Notes under the pieces: generated by a model
What the model was told of the DNA's origin: nothing
Databases searched by the model: none
Seen by the model: the letters and a program-made list of their open reading frames with translations, nothing else
Part shown: one piece after another, positions 46,291 through 57,930 of the stretch
Layout: every line of letters starts with the position of its first letter
How positions within the stretch are numbered: position 1 is the first letter of the stretch
Assembly: GCA_046563655.1 (NCBI GenBank)
Contig: JAJCTO010000010.1
Location: 558,001-622,000, forward strand
From: Yuukianura sp. NJ FZ-2021
Lineage: Eukaryota
DNA length: 64,000 nucleotides
Direction: 5' to 3'
Made by a program: the position numbers and the translations under genes

Positions 46291-48380
46291 ACGAGCATAT
46301 TGAGACACCTAGGTGATGTGGGTCGGGTGGGACCGGCCCCACCTAAAGAGTAGAAGGTAGGGTAGGGAGTGGGACTGAAGTACGGTCCACTCAGGTCATT
46401 GAGCTAACTAGAATCCAGGGACCCAGAGGGGTCAAGTTTTCAGGTCAATTAGGGTGGGACGGGTGTTAAACCCGCTATGCTGTTGCAATTAGCTGTTTGG
46501 TTGTTTTCAGAGGACAATCAAGGGATAGTATTCGTGTTAGGTTAACGTAACAATGGAGTTCAAAAATCACCCTGTTTCAATGGAGGTTCTACTGAGATCC
46601 TTCTGTAAAGTCCCTAGATTCACTTAAGGTCAAGCGAGGTCAACTAGAATAACGTTTAACATAACGTCTAGAGAAAGCAGTTCTTAGAATTTGAAACTCG
46701 CTTTTGGCGGGAAAATTTGAATCTGAAAATTTTTACTATTTGCAAGGGTGGGCCTATAGCCCACAGCCTAAATGGCAAGTCCTCTTTCACATTTCTGAAG
46801 AACTTTTGAAGAATGACTTTTGGCGCGAAAATTTAAATTTTGAAAATTTAAAGTAAGATGTATAGATGAACATCAAGTCTTATCTTCTTGCAGTTCAGTA
46901 GTCAGTTCTAAGCAAAATTTTTAAAGTTTCATGTGTTACATCTAAAGTTTCTCCCATTTTATAATTCTGTTTTTGCGAAAAGCCGAAAATAGTGCAAATT
47001 TTAGCAAACTCATATTTCATAAAATTCTCAGCTGATTTGAATTCATTTCAACGAAGTACAATTGCATAACGTCTGATTAATCCCTGAAGAAGTCATAATA
47101 AGTTAATCAACTACTATACAAGTTTCATTGCATAAAATTGTGAACAGAATTTCGGCGCGAACACTCAAAATTTAAACTAGTAGAATTCACGCATGGACTT
47201 ACATTTCAATTTTATTCAAATGACAAATTCTTGAATTTCGAATTAAGTTTCAATTGAAAATTAAAATTTATCTTTTCATTTAGTGTCTTTTCAAACATAG
47301 ACAGGATTAACGTAAATTCGCATTTAGAAAAAGGCTTTTTGACGTTATGACCTCTCTTGACCTCAACAGTTTTTGGTATAGGAGTAACTATACCCCTACA
47401 ATGTAATCATCCACTGATCTCGCACAAGTTTTTAAGACTGAATTTGAAATAATGACAGAAACCCGTTTAACTTTCTTCTGTTTCTTTCTTCTCAAAGCTT
47501 TCACTTCATAATTAAAGAGTAGAGTGGAAGGGGGGAACCCTTCCCACAGTTAGTCGACACTTAAGTAGAGTGAAGGGAGGAGCCTTCGCTCAATTAGCAA
47601 AGATTTAGAAATGACTTCGTCACGAGGGAGGATAGACCTCGTGACTATGTAGTACTGTTTAAGGACAATAGCTTTAGGTCTGAGTCCTCGTAAGGACTTG
47701 ATGCTTCCCGCCTTTAGGGACAAGTCGGGGTCAAGAGGTAGACCCTTAGCAACTGGTGTATGTTTGACCGGGGTCATGGTATTTGGCGAGAATGCCCCAT
47801 GACTGCTCTTAGTCGAAGGATAATCCGAACGCTTGCGGACGCTGGAGTCGCGACCAGCCGAAACTTGTTATTAGGTAGGACATAAGCTAGAATCTAGACA
47901 ACAGGATACCGCGCTAGGTCCGGAGGTGGCGAAGGTTCCGCCTGAGACCGATGGGCTTAGCATAGTTAAAATCAGGGAAAAGGTCAAGTCTCTGCAGCTG
48001 TTCCTTAGAGCACTAGTGATGCGAAGGGGCGGGGTACCACAGCCCCTCTGAAGAATGGCTTTAGAAATTTTCATAGAGTTGTCGTCAACTCAAGGTCAGA
48101 TCCCAGTCCATGGAGCATCATGCCCGGACCTAGCCAGTCCGATAGGCCATCTATCTCACTGATGATGTCACACAAGTTGACAAATACACCCCATGCTCAA
48201 GGAAGGGAGCATTATTGTAATTTACCTCGAGATTTTGGACTGGGAGGGGACTGAACCTACTGCAGGAGAGCTTGTCAGGGTGTTAGGGACTAGCATTAAG
48301 TAGGCCCTACCTTCATGAAATGAAGGAGGAGTATTAACTCCATACACAACCTTCCAGGAAGAGGAAAACAGCAGAGAAGG

Positions 48381-49760
48381 ATGTCTCTCTACGTTTTGCT
48401 GTTAATTACATTGACGCTGATGGCGGAAGGATCCGTGCTCACGAGAGAGGACGATGGAGCCATCCGATGCTGGGAGGAAGACCCACTTGATAGTCTTAGG
48501 ACAAAGCGTCATGTGTTCAATACGAGGATGTGGAAAACGTTCCAACTAGGATGGACTTTAGAGGACGTACCCTCGGAGATCCGAAAAGCCGACGTCCTTA
48601 CTGATATTAAGCTAGCGTTCCAGAGATGGAATGAGATTTCAAATTTCACATTTATGAATAAGCCAGGTGACTCAACTGCAGAGATCCAAATTAAGTTTGC
48701 TAAGTTTGATCATAACGACTCAAAACCATTTGACGCTGAGCGTGGTATCCTAGGCCATGCCTTCTATCACAGTGAAGGGATAGGAGGAGATGTGCATTTA
48801 GATGCATCTGAAAAATGGGCTACAGGTCACAATGCCTCTGGCATTAACTTATACACCGTAATGTTACACGAAGTAGGTCATGCCCTGGGGCTTGTCCATA
48901 CTTCGGAGAATAGTTCCATCATGTTCCCATGGTATAAGATAAGGGACCCCCAACTAAACTTGAGCATAGTAGACAAACAAGCTCTTGAGCGACTCTACGA
49001 GCAGGCTCACTTGATCCTACAAATCGATGCCGAAAAGAAGGAAGTCCAACAGCAGCTGTACCGAGCCGTGAGTTCAAGACCCATAGAACACGCTTATCAT
49101 TTAAGTAGCATCTACTTCCTATTTCAAGGATTTGGACATTACCAAGTAGAAAGAACTGGGAAACTTAGTTATCCTAGATTTGTTATCAATCATCAATATT
49201 TTCAATATTTTCCTGAAAATATCCGAATCGAGAGGATCTTCCCATTCGATGGACATCTCTACATTTTTGCCAATGGAAAATACTGGAAATACTTCTCCAA
49301 CACCATCTTAGACAAAGGGTACCCAGCTGACACAAGGGAACTAGGAATTTCCACTCCAATTACTGGAGTCATAACGCAGAGACGTACATTGTACTTACAA
49401 GTAAATGGCACATGGCTAGGTTACTACCACTCTCAGGGGAAACTGTTTCCTCAAGATAAAGTTCATAACCCTGTACAGTTGAGTGAGGTGCATGCACCTG
49501 TTGTAAGCATAAATGAGCATCACCTGGGCTTTTATTCTTTAGAACGGAGTCTTATCATGGAATACGATTGGAATTTCCGACTCCACAGATACTATAAGCT
49601 AGCTAAGTTTCTCGGAATTGACTGTGAACCTAGTTCAGGCGATCTGACTGCTGAGGTAGCAGAGATCGGAGCACTTACATGGGCATTTTTCGGTGTCATG
49701 ATAATTTTCTCACTGATAGCAGTGACAATTATCTTTAATTCTATCCATTGTGATGAATAA
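48381..49760 (+). CDS. Membrane-type matrix metalloproteinase (M10A) with hemopexin-like domain, intronless, inside the retroelement
   Basis: Signal peptide; RC...D remnant plus RTKR furin site; HNDSKPFDAERGILGHAF; GGDVHLDASEKW; zinc motif HEVGHALGLVH; Met-turn SIMFPWY; hemopexin-like DGHLYIFANGKYWKY..KGYP; C-terminal transmembrane helix. Confidence 0.93.
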   Translation: MSLYVLLLITLTLMAEGSVLTREDDGAIRCWEEDPLDSLRTKRHVFNTRMWKTFQLGWTLEDVPSEIRKADVLTDIKLAFQRWNEISNFTFMNKPGDSTAEIQIKFAKFDHNDSKPFDAERGILGHAFYHSEGIGGDVHLDASEKWATGHNASGINLYTVMLHEVGHALGLVHTSENSSIMFPWYKIRDPQLNLSIVDKQALERLYEQAHLILQIDAEKKEVQQQLYRAVSSRPIEHAYHLSSIYFLFQGFGHYQVERTGKLSYPRFVINHQYFQYFPENIRIERIFPFDGHLYIFANGKYWKYFSNTILDKGYPADTRELGISTPITGVITQRRTLYLQVNGTWLGYYHSQGKLFPQDKVHNPVQLSEVHAPVVSINEHHLGFYSLERSLIMEYDWNFRLHRYYKLAKFLGIDCEPSSGDLTAEVAEIGALTWAFFGVMIIFSLIAVTIIFNSIHCDE

Positions 49761-49850
49761 AATCCAAGAATTTATTTTCTGGTTTAGGATCTATACCTAA
49801 AGTTGTATGTATATAATTTGCTTAAGGTATTACGCCCGTTTCAAAAGGGC

Positions 49851-50252
49851 ATGAGTACTGGTGATTCCGGATCGGGGAAAAAGAGGGATCGAGGAACACC
49901 AGAATTTTCATTCACTGCATTGGATTCGGTGTTAAAGGACAATCGGTCCAAGTCGAAGTCGCCTAAGAATCGAGAGGAGGAAATTGCTTCAGGCACGCAA
50001 GCAGGGTCCAGCACCAGTCCAACGAATCCAGAGATCAGGGCCATACCGGAGGTAGTGGTTGTCCAACCTCCATCCAACCCAACGATCATAGTGAAGGACG
50101 AGCGTGTGGCAAGGAAAAGCCAGCACACAGCTAAGGCCGCGAAGGCTGACAGGTCAGATCGTCCTATTCTTATTCCAAATCCTACTCAGGAAAGAGGTAG
50201 TCTCCGTAATGACTTAAGTTTGATTTATCCGGCACTATCCAAGGCGACATGA
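49851..50252 (+). CDS. ORF0 upstream of gag (disordered, S/P/K-rich); its stop overlaps the gag ATG (ATGA)
   Basis: ATG at 49851, with an ATGA overlap at 50249-50252. Confidence 0.45.
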   Translation: MSTGDSGSGKKRDRGTPEFSFTALDSVLKDNRSKSKSPKNREEEIASGTQAGSSTSPTNPEIRAIPEVVVVQPPSNPTIIVKDERVARKSQHTAKAAKADRSDRPILIPNPTQERGSLRNDLSLIYPALSKAT

Positions 50253-51368
50253 GTGATCCAAATAATACTGGTGCAGGGGCTCCGGGTGGGAGTACCCCTG
50301 GTCCTGTGGCATTAGTGGCACCAGGTGGAACCGGGAACGTGTTTGTTTCGGTGTGGAACCCACCTGGTGATCCCATCTTCGAAGGAAAACGGGGATCCCA
50401 AGCCACGAATTTCATGCAAACTTTCAAAGCAGTTGCTGCTACGCAACACTGGGATGACACTGCGAAGGTCACCCATTTTCCTCTCTATCTCACCAAGTAC
50501 GCTAAGACTTGGTGGCTGAACTACTGTACAGACTGTAAAAGGGATCCAGCCAACATTGATGACGATGGCGAAGTGTTGCCTTTGTCGTGGCCTAAAATTG
50601 AGGCAGCTTTTAAGTTGGACTTCAAGTCCAGGCTTACCGAAGACGCCCTTGAGCATAAACTTGCTCAAATGCGGCGCGGAAAGAATGGTCCGTATCGAGG
50701 AGTACTGTAGTAACATTATGCGGTTGTGCGATCAGTTAGACAAAAGTCTGGGAACCGTCATGAAGGACGAAAAACGGGTTAAATACTTATTGAAGGGTCT
50801 TGGGCAGGAGGAAAGTCATGAGGTCTTTCTCCGACAGCCCAAGACTCCTAAGGATGTTATTGATTTCTTGATCCAAAAGGAGGACTACGAATTTATGATG
50901 GACAGAAAGAAAGATTCTAGTAGCCAGAAAAGGATGGTAGCTAGGTTCAACGCTATGGGGATCGAGGAAGGTCAAGAAGATTCCAACACCAGCGGAAAGG
51001 ACTCACGTCCTCGCGGGGGTTACCGCGGTAGCTGGAACAGGGGAAATAACCGTGGATACGGTAAAGCCGGACATGGATACTCCCGTGGTGGAGGGGGGTC
51101 CAAGAGGGACGATTCCAACGGTAACCGGGGTAGTGGTTCTCGGAATACACAAGGTTCATCCCGAGGACGTTGGAACAACCGCGGTGGTCGTGGATCAGGG
51201 CGACCCCGTGAAGCCGATAGAAAAACTCATCTTGTTGACGGTACTCCCATAGAATGCTGGACATGTGGAGAGAATCACCGCCGAGTTGACTGTCCAAAAC
51301 ACAACAAACGACCATCGGCAAACGCTACTCCGCCTACTGTTCCGGAAAACTCCACTGCACGTCAGTAG
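50249..51368 (+). pseudogene. gag (capsid plus CCHC nucleocapsid), one frameshift at ~50690
   Basis: PIFEG, W..AKV..FPLYL..AKTWW, SWPKIEAAF, IEEYC, VKYLLKGL, an RG-rich region and CWTCGENHRRVDC. Confidence 0.88.
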
Positions 51369-51400
51369 GGGGAGCTGACGTCATTCTTTCATGTCCCCCT
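51344..51400 (+). other. -1 ribosomal frameshift signal (gag-pol)
   Basis: G_GAA_AAC slippery site in the gag frame, 8-nt spacer, stem ACGTCAG/CTGACGT with loop AGGGGGA complementary to TCCCCCT (51394-51400). The -1 frame is open into pol. Confidence 0.8.
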
Positions 51401-54400
51401 TTTCACCAAAACGAAACATTAAATGAACCAACTATCAATTCCATGCAACTCGATGTTAATGATTCCAAACTCCGAGGAAATTTCATTACCCCAATTTTTA
51501 TTAACGAATCTGGCACACTTTTTCGAAAAACTTGTTTAATTGACAACGGAGCTTCTGTTAGCATCGTTACAAAACATAACGTTGAAACATTTGACAAATT
51601 AAGCCAACCTTTCAAAATAAAATTAGCCAATGACAGCCATGTCAAAATTTTAGGCACTTCCAGAATTAGAGTTCAGTTCACCCGCACCAAGGATGAATTC
51701 TTTGATTGGGATTTCTTTGTCATAGATAAAAGTTTTGTGGATTTCATTATTGGATTAGATTTTCAAGCGGCCAATTTAATGCAGTACCGGCTGCTTAATC
51801 CCAACGGTTTAGCAGAATTCCAATTTCAGGGAATGTGTCACCCTAAACGTCTTAACGTTTTCCCTTCCACAGGAACTAAAACAATTCTGAATTCAGTCAA
51901 GGTGGAAGGAAGTAATTTGTGCAAAAAGAATCATCCATCCACACCTAAAGTCTTGACAGTAGAAGAGGTAGTTCTTCCACCGTTCGCCACCACTCAGGTA
52001 AAAGTATCTCCTGTCAATATGATTAGTGGAACTTTAGCATTTGAACCTAATGGAACTGGACTTGACAAATTGGGCATTTGCATTCCTCATTTAGCCCATA
52101 TTCCAGAAGGGGAATTCCTTATTCCAGTCGATAATCCAAGACCAGTTCCTGTGACACTTTACAGAGGTGTAAATGTCGGATGGATTAGCCGAGTTATAGT
52201 TAGAGATTCGCAACCGGAAGAAGAAATTCGAGCAGCTCGTTTTAAATCAACTCGGGAAAATATAGACTCCATCGATATCAATCCAGAATTAGATCCTGGG
52301 CAGAGACAACAATTGAGAGAACTCATCTTAGAGTACGGAGATGTCTTTGCTTTCAATTTGGACCAGCTAGGGAAAGCTAAGGATGTTAGTTTCCGGATTG
52401 ACACTGGAGATGCACTTCCTGTAAGTTGCCCTCCATACAAGAAATCCCCAGTTGAAAAGAAAATTATAGAAAAGGAAGTCGAAACACTGTTAAATGCGGG
52501 CATTATTCGGGAGAGTCAATCACGTTGGTCCGCAGGAGTCTCTTTAGTAAGAAAACAAAATAGTGACAAGTTTAGAATGTGCGTTGATTGGAGACGCCTC
52601 AAGTGAGCTCTTAGCATCATTCAACGGAGCCAAATATTTTAGCGTAATGGATTTGATGTCAGGTTACTTTCAATTACCCATCCATCCTGACGACGTGGAG
52701 AAAACCAGCTTTGTAACACACACAGGAGCGTATGAATATCTCTTTGTAGGTTTCGGCCTAACAAACGCCCCAGCAGCATTTTCTGCCTTTCTCAAAACAG
52801 TACTGGGTAATCTGCTGCATTCCATTGCCACTGCATACCTAGACGATGTATGTTGTTACAGTAAAGACTTTCCGAGTCATTTGAGCAATCTGAGAAAAGT
52901 TTTTGAACAATTTCGTACATATAATTTGACTCTCCAACCACCAAAATGTCATTTCGGACAGACTAAAATTGAACTCCTAGGTCACATCATTTCAAGGGAA
53001 GGGGTTTCAGTTAATCCAAATAAAGTTAGTGCCATTTCCAAGATGCCTCCTCCTACCAACATCGGGGAGATCCGAACTTTCTTAGGAATGGCGGGATACT
53101 ATAGGAGATTCATTTTGAATTACAGTCTTATAGCAGCTCCACTGACTTCTTTGACTTAGAAAAATGCAGCTTTCAAATGGGATTTAGAACAACAACAAGC
53201 ATTTGACACGCTACGAGAAAAACTAACTTCGGCTCCAATCCTCACATTCTTCAACGAGAATGCAGACTTAGAACTCCATACTGATGCTTCTAACAAGGGT
53301 ATAGGAGCAGTACTCAATCAGCGGGACCCAGATGGCGTCCTGCGAGTAGTAGTTTACGCCAGTCGAACGTATCGTGGCGCCGAGGAACGCTACAACACTA
53401 GCGAGCAGGAAGCTCTAGCTGTTGTTTGGGGTCTGGACAAGTTTAGGGAATTTATAGGCTTCAAGGGCATTACTATTGTCGTAGATCATCATGCACTATG
53501 CTACTTGAAAACATGTAAAAATCTTAGAAACAGTCGTCTTGCTCGTTGGGCCTTGCGACTTCAGGATGTTGTTTATGAAATTAAACACATCAATGGTAAA
53601 AGCCATGTCCAGGCAGACTGTTTAAGCAGATTTCCTATATCTGAACCAGAAGGTGAAAAGAAATTCATCGATGATTTTCCCACTACATGGTATAGTATGC
53701 AGTTAGTAACTCCAGTAGAATATACGGAGAATCTGGCTCAGGAGCAAATGAAAGACAGGAAATTAGAGACTATCATTCAATCTCTCCATGCAGGAAAAAC
53801 TAAATACTGTACATCTTTTGACTATTCCGAGGATCTTTTAAAATTTATTTGCAAACAGACGAAACAATATTTGCCAGTCATACCAGCTCACTTGGTAGAC
53901 TGTGCCATTCCACGTTTCCATGATGATACATTGGCTGGACACCTTGGTATCGCCAGGACTATCGCCAGAATTCGACAAAGTATTTTCTTTTTCAAAATGG
54001 AAAAACGTGTAACGTCATACATTAGACATTGTCCGACGTGTCAACTAAGAAAGTCTAAAAATGTGAAGCCTTACGGCTTCTTGACGCCGATTGACATCAG
54101 CTCTCTTGCTCTGTTTGACAAGTGCAGTATTGATGTCATAGGCCCTCTGAACAGAACCAAGCGAGGGAATCGCTATATTGTTGTCCTAGTTGAATTCGTA
54201 TCGAGATACATTTTTGCTAAAGCAATACCCGAAAATACCACCAAAGAGATGATCTCATTTCTGACTGAGATAATTCAAACCCACGGAGTTTTCAAAACTC
54301 TTCTTTCTGACAATGCTAGTACTTTTCAATCCTCATTCTTTAAAGAGTTCAACAAATTGATTGGGATTACCAATCTGTACTCTACTCCGTATCACAGCAG

Positions 54401-55262
54401 GACCAACGGTTTAGTCGAGCGTACCAACCGAAGCCTCGAGGAGGTACTTACTAATTATGTCTCCAGCACCCAGCGTGATTGGGACAAATATTTAGGGTCT
54501 GCTGTTTACAGCCTAAATACAGCCGTCCATAAGGACAGCTCAGGACTTAGCAGTTACTACATTCTCCATGGACGGAATCCACTACATCCTATGGACGTCG
54601 CTTTGGACACCGTCAAGGACGCCGTTGAAATTCCGACGCGTATCCAACGCATGGAAGCAGCACGGAAAGCTGCACAAGCTGGACTTCGGAAAGCCCAGGC
54701 AAGGCAGGCGAGGTTGTTCGACCCGGGTCGCCAACCCTTCGAATTTAAGGTCGGTGACCTAGTACTCCTTAAAGTACATAAAACAAAACCAGGGATAAGC
54801 CGCAAACTCGCCATGCGGTTTAAAGGCCCCTACATCGTGATTGGGAGGAAATCCTCTCTCTCTTATTATTGTCGGTTGCGGGACGCAGATCCCGACTCTA
54901 AGCTCACTCGAGTCCACATTGAGAACATGAAAGCGTTTCATGAATCCGACATGTCGTACGTAACAACGGCTGCTTCAGGAGTAGCAGCAGATCAAGTTGG
55001 GGAAGGGCATGATAAGCCCACACCCGGAATTTTTTTCGACCTCCCGGTCACAGAAAAAGAGATTAGTGAAACTGTCAACGATGACGCCGAGGTTGACTCT
55101 GAGGTCGACAGTGACGTCGGCCAAGTATCAACTGATGAGGACATTTCCTCAGAAGAAGAAGAAATTAGTAAGGCCAACGTGGCCGACGAAAAAGCAAAAG
55201 AACCCGAGATAGTGACGCGCTCAGGAAGAGTTGTCAGAAAGCCTGTGAGGTTCTTGTCATAA
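51344..55262 (+). pseudogene. pol (protease, RT, RNase H, integrase), with a deletion/frameshift at ~52603 and a TAG at 53157
   Basis: LIDNGAS; RMCVDWR, DLMSGYFQ, FGLTNAP, YLDD; TDASNKGIGA, EQEALA, DHHAL; GHLG..RT, CPTCQ, IDVIGP, SDNA, GLVERTN and FKGPY. Confidence 0.93.
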
Positions 55263-55385
55263 GACGCACCACTAATTAACTACTCATATAGGATTATGGA
55301 GGCGGGAAATTAGGTAGTTAAGGTAGTTAAGTGGTAGGACAGCTTCAGAATATTTAGGAACTTTTCATTCCCCTAGAAAAGAAAA

Positions 55386-57542
55386 ATGGCGGCGATCTAC
55401 GCCTCAATAACTCTTCTTCTACTCACCCCTGTCGCTGCATACGAAATAATACCAAAACAAGTACGAGTGACCACTGGAGCCTTAATCCGAGAGGTCAAGA
55501 ACGTAGAGTTGTACTCATCAAGCGTCCCCTTGATCTATGATGTCATGGCAAATTTCTCGGAATTACCAAAGGGCATCCTAACCCCCAAACGTTGCCAATC
55601 AGGACAAAACTGCGTGTTTCCGCTCGCGATGCGACCGTATGTTGAACATGTCACCGATGTGATGCAAAAGATAATCGAGGACTTAATGATGAGTCCATCC
55701 AAAACCACGACCCGGCAGAAACGTTTCAGCATAGACGACTACAACCCGTTGACATGGATTGGTGACCTTTACTCCATATGCTGTGGCGTAGCTTCTAAAC
55801 GAGATCTGAAGGAATATCAAGTCGATTCTCAGAAGGTACAACAATTCATGGAATCAATCAAAAGAGCTGTGGTCACTTCAGACCAAAACATAATCACAGT
55901 AAAGGATAGTTACGAGTTGTTTCGAAGTAACATCTCCAGGTTCATGAATCGTATTCATGACAACATCCAAACGTTGTACGCTGAGCAGTTGAACGTTACT
56001 ATTCTTGAAACGCAGCTGGAACAACGCGTTGAAGAAGCATTCGAAGAATTGGACTTCCAACGAAGAGGATTTGTTCAAATCTACAACCACATAAACGCCA
56101 TCACCGAGATCATCCGATTCAAAGATCTCCAAGACCACTGTAGGTCCCAGACAATCCCTTTGTTAGCAATCCAACCGAAGAAGCTGCAAAGAGACTTGAG
56201 AAGTATCAGGAGGCTCATCAACAAGGATGGTTACGATCTTGTTGTCCCAGAGACCGAAATCTCTAAGTACTACAAACTAAAGATCGCAGATTGTGTCACA
56301 ACTACCGAAGGGAGAATTATCTTCCAACTACGCATTCCAATCAGAAAAACTGAAGATGATTGGCAACTACATGAGATGGTCAATATTCCCTTCAGCTATC
56401 GGGGAAGCACATGTATCATCCAGCACGCCCCAACTTACTTAGCTACAAGTAAGAATAACCTGGTAACAATCCAAGGAACCCAACTCCACCAATGTCAACC
56501 GGACACAGGACTCTGTAAAATCCCGAACTTCAACTCCGATCCGTTATCCGGGTACCTTTGCGCACAAAGGTTGTTGCGAGGAGCTAGCGTTCAAGAGCTC
56601 AACCAGGTCTGTTTATTCGAGTGCCTCGCGGATCAAAACGAATTCGCGATAACACAGTTGGACTATCATACATTCATTCTGACCGGTGCTCCCGAAGGGA
56701 TGGCCGTACATTGTGGAACAGAAGATGCCGACCGAATCTATCCACTGAGAGTCCCCGCTGACGGTATCGGAAGTATCGAAGTACAGTTGCCATGCGATTG
56801 TCAACTAGTCATCCCAGGAAGAATGCCAGTCCGACCACCTTATCCTTGTCCAACAGGACCTATCACCTACCCTAAGGTTAATATAGTCATACCAGCGATG
56901 ATGTCAAAGGTCGATTTGTTACTAAAGGCAACAGAATCTCGAGACTCAAAGGAGTCCACCATTTTTCCTAGCATCGAGTCCGTCTTCAACGAGACATGGG
57001 AGTTAGACTCTCCAAAACTAAACCTCACGGAGGTCACGCAGCTAAAGACACTGATTGTTCCCCAATTGGTAGCCAAAATGGCCCCATCAAGCAACACTGC
57101 ACTAATAATATGGAACGTTCTGATGAGCCTAGTGTTAGCTTTTCTCTTCTACCGTGAAATCAGCCGGCATGGAGGTTACATGCTAGGTTTTCCTATGTTA
57201 GGAGGACAGTTCGGCCAGGCCCAAGCAACTGCCGAAGTCCACGAACACCATGCCTGGAACTTAGGAATCACTCTACTATTAATTTTGGTCTTCGTGGTAT
57301 TTTTTATGTTTGGATACGCATACGCGATCTATATGCGACGCAAGAGCGGCCGAAATTGGCCAAGCGGTGAGATCAGGGCAGATGGAACTGACCTCGACCA
57401 ATTTGAGAAAGGAGGACGAACCTCATTCCATTCACCACTCAAAATCCAGGTCGTCCAGGCGATGGACACCATTCAGGAGGAAGAAGAGGAAAGAGTTACT
57501 TCCGACAGTGACAGCGCTTCGGAAGAACAGGAGGAATTGTAA
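55386..57542 (+). CDS. env-like class I fusion glycoprotein (baculovirus F/errantivirus-like), intact
   Basis: Signal peptide, RQKR furin site followed by a hydrophobic fusion-peptide-like segment, heptad region, Cys-rich ectodomain with N-glycan sequons, and C-terminal hydrophobic helices. Confidence 0.85.
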   Translation: MAAIYASITLLLLTPVAAYEIIPKQVRVTTGALIREVKNVELYSSSVPLIYDVMANFSELPKGILTPKRCQSGQNCVFPLAMRPYVEHVTDVMQKIIEDLMMSPSKTTTRQKRFSIDDYNPLTWIGDLYSICCGVASKRDLKEYQVDSQKVQQFMESIKRAVVTSDQNIITVKDSYELFRSNISRFMNRIHDNIQTLYAEQLNVTILETQLEQRVEEAFEELDFQRRGFVQIYNHINAITEIIRFKDLQDHCRSQTIPLLAIQPKKLQRDLRSIRRLINKDGYDLVVPETEISKYYKLKIADCVTTTEGRIIFQLRIPIRKTEDDWQLHEMVNIPFSYRGSTCIIQHAPTYLATSKNNLVTIQGTQLHQCQPDTGLCKIPNFNSDPLSGYLCAQRLLRGASVQELNQVCLFECLADQNEFAITQLDYHTFILTGAPEGMAVHCGTEDADRIYPLRVPADGIGSIEVQLPCDCQLVIPGRMPVRPPYPCPTGPITYPKVNIVIPAMMSKVDLLLKATESRDSKESTIFPSIESVFNETWELDSPKLNLTEVTQLKTLIVPQLVAKMAPSSNTALIIWNVLMSLVLAFLFYREISRHGGYMLGFPMLGGQFGQAQATAEVHEHHAWNLGITLLLILVFVVFFMFGYAYAIYMRRKSGRNWPSGEIRADGTDLDQFEKGGRTSFHSPLKIQVVQAMDTIQEEEEERVTSDSDSASEEQEEL

Positions 57543-57930
57543 TTTTCCTCACAAGAAAAGATAGTAATAGTGATTAGCATTAGTTAAGCTGTTAAAATTA
57601 ACAATACCTAATTACTAAAACCTGATAAAAAGTTCAACACTAGTTCATAAGTACACTGAATTTCACCAAATGCGGGAGCTACAATGATAGACATTCAACC
57701 GATAAATTTTCAAAAAATAATTATAACTACCAGAAAATATAACTAGGTGTTTTAAGCCATGCGCAAGAAGATGTGGTAGTATTCTGGATAGGAATGTTTT
57801 ACATGCCGCTGTAGTTTAACTGGAAAATAACTATCGTAATCCCTAGCTCACAAGGAAGTTAGCCTAATTAACAATTAGTAAGAAGAATCAAAAACTTTAG
57901 TAAACGAGTTAGGAACTCTATTACGTTTAG

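Noticed and set aside
46935..47790. 3' end of the 5' LTR and PBS (candidates GTTACA at 46935, CA-TGGACTT at ~47192, CA-TGGTATT at ~47775)
   Set aside because: None gives a convincing tRNA 3'-end complement, and the 3' LTR is cut by the window, so the boundary cannot be fixed.
48381..49760. MMP as an ordinary host gene
   Set aside because: It is intronless, lies between matching LTRs, is co-oriented with ORF0/gag about 90 bp upstream, and has a reduced prodomain.
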